Positions 48,038 to 55,779 of a stretch of DNA of 64,000 bases are shown piece after piece; within the stretch, counting starts at the first letter, position 1, and each line of letters begins with the position of its first letter. Under the pieces are notes generated by a model. That model searched no databases and had not been told where the DNA came from. It was given only the letters and a program-made list of their open reading frames with translations. The position numbers and the translations under genes were made by a program. Source of the stretch: Myxococcota bacterium (GTDB taxonomy: Bacteria; Myxococcota_A; UBA796; CAJQPC01). Location of the stretch: assembly GCA_036229005.1 (NCBI GenBank), contig JAZAMN010000024.1, positions 128,001 to 192,000 on the forward strand. Direction: 5' to 3'.

Positions 48038-48742
48038 CTACGCGATCGGCGAGAAGTTCCCCACCACCGCGCCCGTCTCCGGGTCGGCCCAGATGTGCAG
48101 GCCTTCGTGGGGGCGCTTGCCGGCTCGGATGCGCGCCAGCTCGAAGCGCCAGGCCTCGGCCCAGGCGTCAAAGCGGAGGTTGGCCCAGGCGCACGGGGGC
48201 TCGGTCAGCTTCTCCAGGGGGCCGGTCTGCGCCTCGATGGCGGCGAGCTCGTCGGTGAAGGGGTTCACCGCGATGAGCACCCACAGACGACCGCCGGAGT
48301 GGGGCCAGTACAGGGCGTTCCACTGCGCCAGGATGGCGGGGGTGCCCTCGAGCATCTCCTGCAGCCTGTCCTCGTTGGCGGGCTCAAGCTTTGGGAGTTG
48401 GAGGTCAGTCAAGCGGGGGAGGTGTTGGACCACCTTCTCCGAGACGGACTCCGCGAAGACCTCCTCCACCGTCGCCCAGGGGCCAGTGCAGGCACCCTCG
48501 ACCTGGGGACAGCCCATCAGCGCCTCCAGCTCCTGGCCGCTGATGAACTCCTTGCCGTCGGGCTTGCAGGGGTCCTCTGGGGCCTCGATCTCGGGGTCGT
48601 AGCGGTAGGGCGCGTTGCGCTTCTGCCAGCAGGTCGTGGCGATCCAGGGGACCGGGGGCAAGGTCCGGGTGTCGGGCTCGCCGGAGCTGGGGGCGTCCCG
48701 CTCGTAGGGAGTCGAGAAGAGCTGCCCGATTGCCTTGAACAT
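48038..48742 (-). CDS. Hypothetical protein
   Basis: GGAGG RBS before ATG 48742. Confidence 0.6.
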   Translation of the reverse strand: MFKAIGQLFSTPYERDAPSSGEPDTRTLPPVPWIATTCWQKRNAPYRYDPEIEAPEDPCKPDGKEFISGQELEALMGCPQVEGACTGPWATVEEVFAESVSEKVVQHLPRLTDLQLPKLEPANEDRLQEMLEGTPAILAQWNALYWPHSGGRLWVLIAVNPFTDELAAIEAQTGPLEKLTEPPCAWANLRFDAWAEAWRFELARIRAGKRPHEGLHIWADPETGAVVGNFSPIA

Positions 48743-48945
48743 GGGTCCTCCAGGGTCACCCCCTATTCTGGTCCGGTCCGCATGCCGGGGGAAGGGGCGC
48801 TGACTCCCTTGTTGCCCGGAGCATGCTCTGGGACAGGGAGGAAGCGCGGAGGAGCCCCCGGGGTTTTGGGACACACCCCTTGACATCGTGATCGAGCGGG
48901 GTACCGATCCCTGTCCACTTTCTTGTCTCTTGCGAGGTCACTGCG

Positions 48946-50085
48946 ATGCTCTCTCTGCTGCTTGCGCTCTCCGCCCCTGTCCAGGCTCAGGACTGCAACG
49001 TCCGCCAGGCCCAGGCCGACCTCAAGGCCGCGACCCCCACCAGCGTGCCCGCCGCCTACAGCGCGTTGGCCGAGTGCGACGCGGGCGCCGCAAAGAAGGC
49101 CGCGCCCGACGCCCTGGAGAAGGTGCTCGCCGGCAAGGAGGGGAACGCTGTGCTCAAGACGGCCGTGCAGGTGGGCGCGGACGCCGCCGCGCTGGAGTAC
49201 ATCGAGGGCCTGCAGTCCGACGAGCGCTCCAAGGCCGTGGCCTCCCTGGGCACCGCCTGCAATGCCTCCGAGCATGTCGCCGACTTCCTGACCGCCACCG
49301 CCGAGTCCAAGGGCGACGCCTTCTGGACCGAGCGCTGGTACCGCTCCCTGGCCGAGTGTCGGAACCCCGGCGTCCAGGAGCTCCTGCAGTCCGAGATCGA
49401 CAAGCCCGTCTCCGACCAGACCCGCTTCTTTGGTGTGCTGGAGGTCTACTCCCGCAACCTGGGCGCCGACGCGCTGCCCACCCTCAAGCGCCTGCTGGGC
49501 GAGCTCGAGAACGAAGAGGAGCTCACCTACGTCGTCAACGCCTTCGCCGACGCCGCGCAGGTCGGCTCCCTGGAGGGGGTGAACGCCGAGACCTCCGGGA
49601 AGGCGGCCGCGATCATCGTCGAGATGGCCCCTCAGCTCCCCCCCAAGGCGGTCGAGCAGGCCCGCACCACGCTGCTCTCCCTGGGCGCCGAGGCCGAGGC
49701 CAACAAGCTCGCCGGCGTCCGCTACCAGGACCGCATGGTCGATGGTCAGCTTCGCTACGGCGTGGTCGTCGTCGAGACCGCCACCTGCAAGAAGGGCGAC
49801 ACCCAGATCGGCGTGCACATGGGCGTGCTCACCGAGTCCGGCGCCGCCTGGCCCGATCAGGTCGCTGAGTCCGTCGACGCCGCCAGCTACGGCTGGGACT
49901 ATGAGCTCGCGGGCAGCCGCAAGTGCAAGGGCACCAGCGAGAACACCGTGTTCCTGAGCGCCCAGCCCGTCGAGGACGACGCCGCCCTCCAGGCCTTCTG
50001 GGATGAGCAGCGCCAGAAGGTGATCCGCGCCGCCCAGGGACCCGTCACCGAGATCTCGGAAGAGACCGAGCTCAAGCTCCAGTGA
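48946..50085 (+). CDS. Hypothetical secreted protein, helical and Cys-containing
   Basis: Signal peptide MLSLLLALSAPVQA; strong codon bias. Confidence 0.75.
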   Translation: MLSLLLALSAPVQAQDCNVRQAQADLKAATPTSVPAAYSALAECDAGAAKKAAPDALEKVLAGKEGNAVLKTAVQVGADAAALEYIEGLQSDERSKAVASLGTACNASEHVADFLTATAESKGDAFWTERWYRSLAECRNPGVQELLQSEIDKPVSDQTRFFGVLEVYSRNLGADALPTLKRLLGELENEEELTYVVNAFADAAQVGSLEGVNAETSGKAAAIIVEMAPQLPPKAVEQARTTLLSLGAEAEANKLAGVRYQDRMVDGQLRYGVVVVETATCKKGDTQIGVHMGVLTESGAAWPDQVAESVDAASYGWDYELAGSRKCKGTSENTVFLSAQPVEDDAALQAFWDEQRQKVIRAAQGPVTEISEETELKLQ

Positions 50086-50621
50086 GTCCTCGCTTTGGGG
50101 CCGATGCCCTGCAGGATGCGCGCGTCCAGGAGCTGCAGCGGTGGGTCCTGGAGTGGGTGGTGGGGCTCAACCTCTGCCCCTTCGCGAAGGCCCCCTTGGA
50201 CAGCGGTCGCGTGGGCTGGGGCATCGAGGAGGGCGACGACTCCGCGGTGATCGACGCCCTGCTGCTGGCCATCGACGAGATCGAGGCCGGCCGCTGCGAC
50301 ACCCTGCTGCTGGCCCTGCCTTGGTTCCTGGACTTCTACGAGCTCATGGACTGCGTGGCCGCCTGCGAGGCGCTGCTGGACCAGGCCGGCCTCTCCGAGC
50401 GCTACCAGCTCGCGCACTTCCACCCGCGCTACATCTTCGAGGACGTCGAGTTCGACGACGCCTCCAACCTGACCAACCGCAGCCCGGTCCCGGCGCTCCA
50501 TCTACTGCGCACGCAGGACGTCGCGTGGGCCGTGGACAAGCACCCGGACATCGCGTCGGTGCCGGAGCGGAACGTGGCCTTGCTGCGGGAGCTCGCCGCC
50601 AAGGGGCAGCTCCCCGGCTGA
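50082..50621 (+). CDS. DUF1415 family protein
   Basis: VVGLNLCPFA, QLAHFHP, NRSP..LHLLR, PERN. Confidence 0.88.
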   Translation: MSPRFGADALQDARVQELQRWVLEWVVGLNLCPFAKAPLDSGRVGWGIEEGDDSAVIDALLLAIDEIEAGRCDTLLLALPWFLDFYELMDCVAACEALLDQAGLSERYQLAHFHPRYIFEDVEFDDASNLTNRSPVPALHLLRTQDVAWAVDKHPDIASVPERNVALLRELAAKGQLPG

Positions 50622-50649
50622 GTCTCCGGGCGGATGCTTCGGGTTGGGG

Positions 50650-51387
50650 TCAGCGGCCGCCGGCGGAGTGGATCTCGCAGAGCTCGCCTTCGTCCATCCA
50701 GGCGATGCAGGTGACCGGGCAGGCGTCGATGGCGTCCTGGATCAGGTCCATGGGGCCCTCCTGCTTGAGGACCTCGGCCTTGACCTCTTCGCCTTGCTTG
50801 TCGTCTTCGCCCAGGAAGAACACGTCCTCGGTCTGCTCGACGCAGGTGCCGCAGGAGATGCACTCCTCCTGGTCGATGCTCAGCACCTGGCCGGCGGCCT
50901 TGGCCCGGCTGGACTCGTTGTCGACCGGCCCGACGAACTGCACGCCGTCGTCCGCCGTGTTCAGGCCCACCCCAGCGAGCTCCACGTCGTCTCGGCCGTT
51001 GACCCGCATGCGCTCGGCGTAGGCCTCCAGGTCCGTGCCCGACTGGTCGGCGTGGCGCGCCTCTCCGAGCTGTCCGCTGGCCGCCAGAGCCGCCAGTGCC
51101 GCGAACGAGCTCCCACCCGCGGCAGGCTGCGGCGCGGCGGTCTCCGGGGGAGGAGAGGCTGGGGTCCGCTTTGGGGCTGCTTGGCCCACCGTCTGGACCG
51201 GCTCAGGCAGCGACTCCCTCTGTGCACGCTCTCCCCCCGGCGAGGTGCGACTGGGCGCAGCGGGGCTCGGGGCCTTCGCGGCGGAGGGAGCGGGGCGGGG
51301 GCTGGGCTCAGCGGGGGCGGGCTTGCCGGAGGGCTTGCCGCGTCCCAGGAGCTTCCTGCCGATGCGCTTGAGGCCAGAGCGGATCAT
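50650..51387 (-). CDS. Ferredoxin domain with a long Pro/Ala-rich N-terminal extension
   Basis: IDQEECISCGTC...AIDACPVTCI (single-cluster ferredoxin). Confidence 0.8.
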   Translation of the reverse strand: MIRSGLKRIGRKLLGRGKPSGKPAPAEPSPRPAPSAAKAPSPAAPSRTSPGGERAQRESLPEPVQTVGQAAPKRTPASPPPETAAPQPAAGGSSFAALAALAASGQLGEARHADQSGTDLEAYAERMRVNGRDDVELAGVGLNTADDGVQFVGPVDNESSRAKAAGQVLSIDQEECISCGTCVEQTEDVFFLGEDDKQGEEVKAEVLKQEGPMDLIQDAIDACPVTCIAWMDEGELCEIHSAGGR

Positions 51388-51455
51388 GGCGGCCAGTGTA
51401 GCCGGGTCGTCCGCGCTTGGCCCGGATAGAGGACGGTGAACCAAAGGAGGACGTC

Positions 51456-52142
51456 ATGGTGGGGTGGGTACTGGTGGTGGGGTTGGGGAGCGCGCAGGCT
51501 GGCGAGGGCGGGCCCATGCTTGGGATCGGGGCCGGGGTCGGCGGCCCTGGCACGGTGCGGATGCTGAACGGCGGCACCACCGTGTCTGCACCGCCGCTTC
51601 CCTACACGTCCCTGCGCTGGTTCATCGGGTCCAGCTTCATCCTGGAGCCCGACCTGACCTGGCTCCGCAGCTCTGGTTGGCTCGACGAAGAGGACCTGGA
51701 CCGCAGCGCGGATGAGCTCGTCTCAAGCTCGCTGTACTCGGAGCACAGCTACTTGAGCGCTGGCCTGACGGCCAAGTGGCTGCTCCCCGTGGGCGACGAG
51801 CTCGCCGTCTACCCCATGCTGGGGGGCGCTTGGGAGCGAGAGCAGCTGTGGGTGTGGAGCGACTCCGAGCTCCGCTCGGAAGCTGTGGTGACCGAGTCCA
51901 AGGTCGCGTCCGGCTGGATCGTGGGTGGGGGACTGGGGACCATGATCTGGCTGCGCTCCCAGCAGCTGAGCCTCTCAGCAGAGCTCTTCCTGGCGCAGTA
52001 CGGCGCCGTTCAGGTCACCCAGGAGCAGTACCTGCTCGACGATGAGACCGGAGACCGCACCCTGGACAACGTCAAGGACTACGACCTTGACGGGCTGCGG
52101 GTCGCGCCGGACGGTCGCCTGGCCGTCCACCTCTACTTCTGA
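51456..52142 (+). CDS. Outer-membrane beta-barrel protein
   Basis: AAGGAGG RBS; signal peptide ending AQA; ends VHLYF. Confidence 0.7.
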   Translation: MVGWVLVVGLGSAQAGEGGPMLGIGAGVGGPGTVRMLNGGTTVSAPPLPYTSLRWFIGSSFILEPDLTWLRSSGWLDEEDLDRSADELVSSSLYSEHSYLSAGLTAKWLLPVGDELAVYPMLGGAWEREQLWVWSDSELRSEAVVTESKVASGWIVGGGLGTMIWLRSQQLSLSAELFLAQYGAVQVTQEQYLLDDETGDRTLDNVKDYDLDGLRVAPDGRLAVHLYF

Positions 52143-52160
52143 GCCGCCGCAGCACGCAGC

Positions 52161-53816
52161 TCAGCGCGGCCACTGCTCCAGAAAGCGCACGATCCGGTCG
52201 CCCAGCGGGTCCAGGCGCTCGAAGAGCTCGTGGTCTTCGACATCGGACTGCAGGCGCAGGAAGAAGGCCTCCTCCAGCACCAGGGTGCGGCCCACCCGCT
52301 GGGCGATGCCCAAGGCCTCCAGCACCTCGGCGAGCTGCTCTCCGGTGGTCCCGCCGCGGGGACGACGGGTCACCAGCCAGCCCTGCATGGAGCAGAACTC
52401 GTCCAGCAGGAAGAGCAGATCTTCGTAGCGACGGCGCTTGATGCGCAGGTCGATGCGGGTGTTCTGGATGGTGAGCTGGACCTCGGCCCCGCTGCGGCGG
52501 TGCACCTGGAGCAGCGACACGATCATGGCCAGGTGGGGCACGTGGGCCAGGGCCCGCTGGCGCAGGGTCACCCGGTCGGGGATGGCGCGGCTGCGGGGCT
52601 CGCCGGGGTGGAAGATGCCGCCGTGCACCAGCTCTCGGCGGTCCACCGCGCTGGGCAGACCACCCTCCTTGGCCCGCCGCTCTTCCAGCAGGCGGTTCAC
52701 GCCGGTCACCCCGCCGACCAGGTCCTGCAGCGTGGGGGGCAGGGCGATGACCAGGTCGGTCTCCTCGGTCAGCTCCAGGAAGGGGCCGGTGAGCTCGCCG
52801 GGCTCGGGGCCGGGGTCGTCGGCCAGGGGGAAGGCGTCGATGGGGCGGCCCAGGAGCACGCGGTCCAGGTCGGCGGCCAGGCGGGCCGGGGTGACCTCGG
52901 CGCCGAACACGCGTCGATCCCAGCTTCCGTAGCGCTGCTGGAGCTTGGCGTATTGCATCGCCGCGCCCGGGTGCCCATCGGCCGCTTCCTTCAAGACCTC
53001 CAGGTAGTTGCGGTACCCAGGGTCGGAGAGGGCCACGCCCGCGACCGTGTCCGCCAGGTCCCGCCGCCAGACCGCGCCCCAGGAGACCACCAATCGGTCG
53101 CCCACGCGCCAGCCGTCTCCGCGACGCACCGCCATCTCGACATAGGAGCCCACCGGACACTCCTCGCCGCCGTGCCAGTCCAGCAGGGCCCGGACGTGCC
53201 ACAGCGAGAGCTCCCCGTGGTCCAACAGGGCGCGCAGGAGCACCCGGTAGGCCTCGGGGCTGTGCTCCGGGTTGCCGTGGATCTCCAGCTTGGGGGGGCG
53301 ACGCCGCGGCCGACCCAGGCCCAGGTCGAAGCTGAGCTGGTGGCCCTGGTTGGGCTTGCGGGCGGCGGGGTAGCGCATCGCGGGCTCCAGGAGGGCGCGC
53401 ACCGAGGTCGCTCGGCGGCGGGCGGTGCTGGGGGCCATGTCCGGCACGGCCTGTTGGATGTACTGGGCGATCACCCCGCTCTGGGGGAGCTCCGTGCGCC
53501 CCTCCATGAGCTGCACCACGAAGGGGTTCTGCCAGACCGCGCGCGCGTAGACCCGGGGGCGGTCGCGACCGGCGTAGGCGTACTCGGTACCCAGGCGCGT
53601 GAGGGTGGGGTGCAGCGTCTTCTCGTCCGTCGAGAGCAGCCGCAGCCAATCACCGGCCTGGGTGTAGTAGTTGACCGTCCGGACCTCGCAGTCCAGCAGC
53701 ATCGCGAGGCTACGGTTGTCCCGTACGCCGCGGGCGACCAGCTCGACCAGGCGGGCCAGCAGGCGCACGTTGTTCGCGTTGGGGATCAGGTTCTGGCGCG
53801 GGACCCGGGAGCTCAT
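52161..53816 (-). CDS. Hypothetical protein with an N-terminal winged-helix-like domain of the kind seen in restriction-associated proteins
   Basis: IPNANN..L..L...RTVNYYTQAGDWLRLL...LTRLG...STARRRATSV pattern. Confidence 0.65.
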   Translation of the reverse strand: MSSRVPRQNLIPNANNVRLLARLVELVARGVRDNRSLAMLLDCEVRTVNYYTQAGDWLRLLSTDEKTLHPTLTRLGTEYAYAGRDRPRVYARAVWQNPFVVQLMEGRTELPQSGVIAQYIQQAVPDMAPSTARRRATSVRALLEPAMRYPAARKPNQGHQLSFDLGLGRPRRRPPKLEIHGNPEHSPEAYRVLLRALLDHGELSLWHVRALLDWHGGEECPVGSYVEMAVRRGDGWRVGDRLVVSWGAVWRRDLADTVAGVALSDPGYRNYLEVLKEAADGHPGAAMQYAKLQQRYGSWDRRVFGAEVTPARLAADLDRVLLGRPIDAFPLADDPGPEPGELTGPFLELTEETDLVIALPPTLQDLVGGVTGVNRLLEERRAKEGGLPSAVDRRELVHGGIFHPGEPRSRAIPDRVTLRQRALAHVPHLAMIVSLLQVHRRSGAEVQLTIQNTRIDLRIKRRRYEDLLFLLDEFCSMQGWLVTRRPRGGTTGEQLAEVLEALGIAQRVGRTLVLEEAFFLRLQSDVEDHELFERLDPLGDRIVRFLEQWPR

Positions 53817-53867
53817 GGCGCGATCCTATCCCCGTTCGAACCTTCATGTTAGGTGGAAACAAATCCC

Positions 53868-53896
53868 TTGACATGACAAGAGCTTCGACCTAGTGT
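53868..53896 (+). promoter_or_regulatory. Sigma70-type promoter
   Basis: TTGACA-17 bp-TAGTGT in an AT-richer divergent intergenic region. Confidence 0.6.
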
Positions 53897-53940
53897 TTCG
53901 CTGCCGTGGGCGTCTGCAGCGTCCGCTGGCGGAGGAAGTT

Positions 53941-54960
53941 GTGAGCCGATTGGCCAGCCGCTTGGCGCGCAGAATGGAGCTCGAGAAGACAGGTGGCCAG
54001 CGCCAGGCCGCCTCCTTCGACCCCGACCAGCACTTCCTGGAGGCCGCTCTGCGTGGCCGGACCGCCCGCAAGGTGCGCGCCCACCTGCGCCGCCTGGAGC
54101 CCGTCGTCCTGATGACACCGCGGTGGTCCAACCCCCAGACTTTCCTGGAGGAGATCGCCCTGGACCTGGCCGTCGGAGAGCCCGCCGTGGGCTGCCGCAC
54201 CGTGTCCTTCCGGCCTCTCAAGGGTCGCCGCCCGCCCGAGGCCTGGAGCTTCATCCTCCAGGTTCTGGGCCAGCTCCGCAACCGCCGAAACGTCTCCCAC
54301 CCCCCCATCGTCGCCGATGGCCGCGGCTTCCGCTCCGTCGCCTTGGAGCTGCTGCTCCGGGCCCAGGACGAGACCGACCACAACCTGGCTCTGCTGGCCC
54401 ACGGCGCCGAGTACCTGCCCATCGACGTGATCGAGGACCTGGGCGAGGTCTGGGCCACCTACGTCCAGAGGATCCCGCGGGACCGCCGGGCCACAATGTT
54501 GCTCGCTGGCAGCGTCAACGCCGAGCTCGACCAGGGCAACCCCGTGACGCTGGCCGATTACGGGGAGGCTGAAGCGGCTGCTGCGATCTTCGGACGGACG
54601 GGGCCCACCGCTCGGGCTCACCTGGAGACCGCCGCCCGCTTCTCGGGCGGCATCCCCGCAGTGGTTGATGCGCTCGGTCGAGGTGCTCGGGAGCAAGGCG
54701 CGATGCCGCGCAGCCGGGCTGGTCTGGTGCGCGCTCTGGGCCCCCTGGGCGAAGAGATGCGCATGGCCGTGGACATCGTGAAGGCCGACACCGAGCTGGC
54801 TGAGCGCCTGCAGGCGCTGCTGCGCGGTGAGCCCCTGGTCGAGGTCCCGCAGGTCGACAAGCCCCTGATGATGGCGGGCTTGCTGCGTCGCGTGCGCTTG
54901 CCTGGCGAGGACCGCGTCATGCTGCGGGCCCCCGCAATCGGCGAGGTCGCTGGGAGCTGA
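53941..54960 (+). CDS. Hypothetical protein, possibly a degenerate STAND/AAA-like fold
   Basis: GGAGGA RBS with GTG start; FSGGIP resembles the GGxP motif; no intact Walker A. Confidence 0.6.
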   Translation: MSRLASRLARRMELEKTGGQRQAASFDPDQHFLEAALRGRTARKVRAHLRRLEPVVLMTPRWSNPQTFLEEIALDLAVGEPAVGCRTVSFRPLKGRRPPEAWSFILQVLGQLRNRRNVSHPPIVADGRGFRSVALELLLRAQDETDHNLALLAHGAEYLPIDVIEDLGEVWATYVQRIPRDRRATMLLAGSVNAELDQGNPVTLADYGEAEAAAAIFGRTGPTARAHLETAARFSGGIPAVVDALGRGAREQGAMPRSRAGLVRALGPLGEEMRMAVDIVKADTELAERLQALLRGEPLVEVPQVDKPLMMAGLLRRVRLPGEDRVMLRAPAIGEVAGS

Positions 54961-54997
54961 GGGTTCTCCGGGCGAGCCCGGAGCCCCCCGACCGGTC

Positions 54998-55495
54998 TCA
55001 GCCCGAGACCGAGGCGCCGCGCTCACCCTGGACGGTGGCGCTGCCCTTGTTGCCGTCGACGTCGACGACAAAGAGCTCGAAGGTCCACTCGTCCGCCGAG
55101 GTGCAGGGCAGGCTGTAGAGGTTGGCCTGGAAGCTGCCCGTGCAGGTGGCCGCGTCGGGGTCGCAGACCACGATGTCAAAGGCCGTGTCGACGGTCTGGC
55201 CGTCCTGTCCCCAGCTCACGCCGTGCTTGTAGGCCTCGTCCTCCTGGAAGGTGTTCCGGGGGACATCGTTGGGGCCCTGCGGGTCGTCGTAGCTCAGGGA
55301 GAAGCTCCAGAGATCGTAGGGGTTGTCGCCGCCCTCGTCGTGGGTGCGACAGATGGCCTCGAGCTCGCTCAGCTTGGGGCTCACGCCGTCGTCGACGACC
55401 TCCTCTGCGGTGTCGGAGTCGATGGGCTCGTCGTCTCCCTTGCAGGCGGTCAGGAGGACAAGGCCGGTGAAGAGGGCCAGGGGGGTGCTGCGCAT
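54998..55495 (-). CDS. Hypothetical lipoprotein
   Basis: LLTAC lipobox; AAGGAG RBS; YDDPQG..D motif. Confidence 0.75.
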   Translation of the reverse strand: MRSTPLALFTGLVLLTACKGDDEPIDSDTAEEVVDDGVSPKLSELEAICRTHDEGGDNPYDLWSFSLSYDDPQGPNDVPRNTFQEDEAYKHGVSWGQDGQTVDTAFDIVVCDPDAATCTGSFQANLYSLPCTSADEWTFELFVVDVDGNKGSATVQGERGASVSG

Positions 55496-55751
55496 GCGAA
55501 CTCCTTCAGCTCTCTGAAGGGTACCCCACTGGGGCTCGGCTGGCGAAGGCTCTCTGGGCTGGCCTCCGAGCCCAGTGTGTATAGTTGGCGATACATGGTG
55601 AAGGAGTGTGTACAGTGGCGCTGAGAAGCGTGTAATCCTGTAGGTTTGGCGTTCACTGTATTCGGTGATCTACAGGTGTTGATGGTCTTGGTGTAAGCAG
55701 GGGTCGTCAAGCGGTTTGCCGCAAGTGCCTGAAATCACGTTTCCAAAAAGT

Positions 55752-55767
55752 TGGCACAGGTCCTGCA
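55752..55767 (+). promoter_or_regulatory. Sigma54 -24/-12 promoter of the candidate ncRNA
   Basis: TGGCACA-GGTC-CTGCA; predicted TSS about 55778. Confidence 0.7.
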
Positions 55768-55779
55768 ATCTCTTTCTCC

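Noticed and set aside
48880..48908. TTGACA -35 element upstream of the gene at 48946
   Set aside because: The matching -10 element is poor
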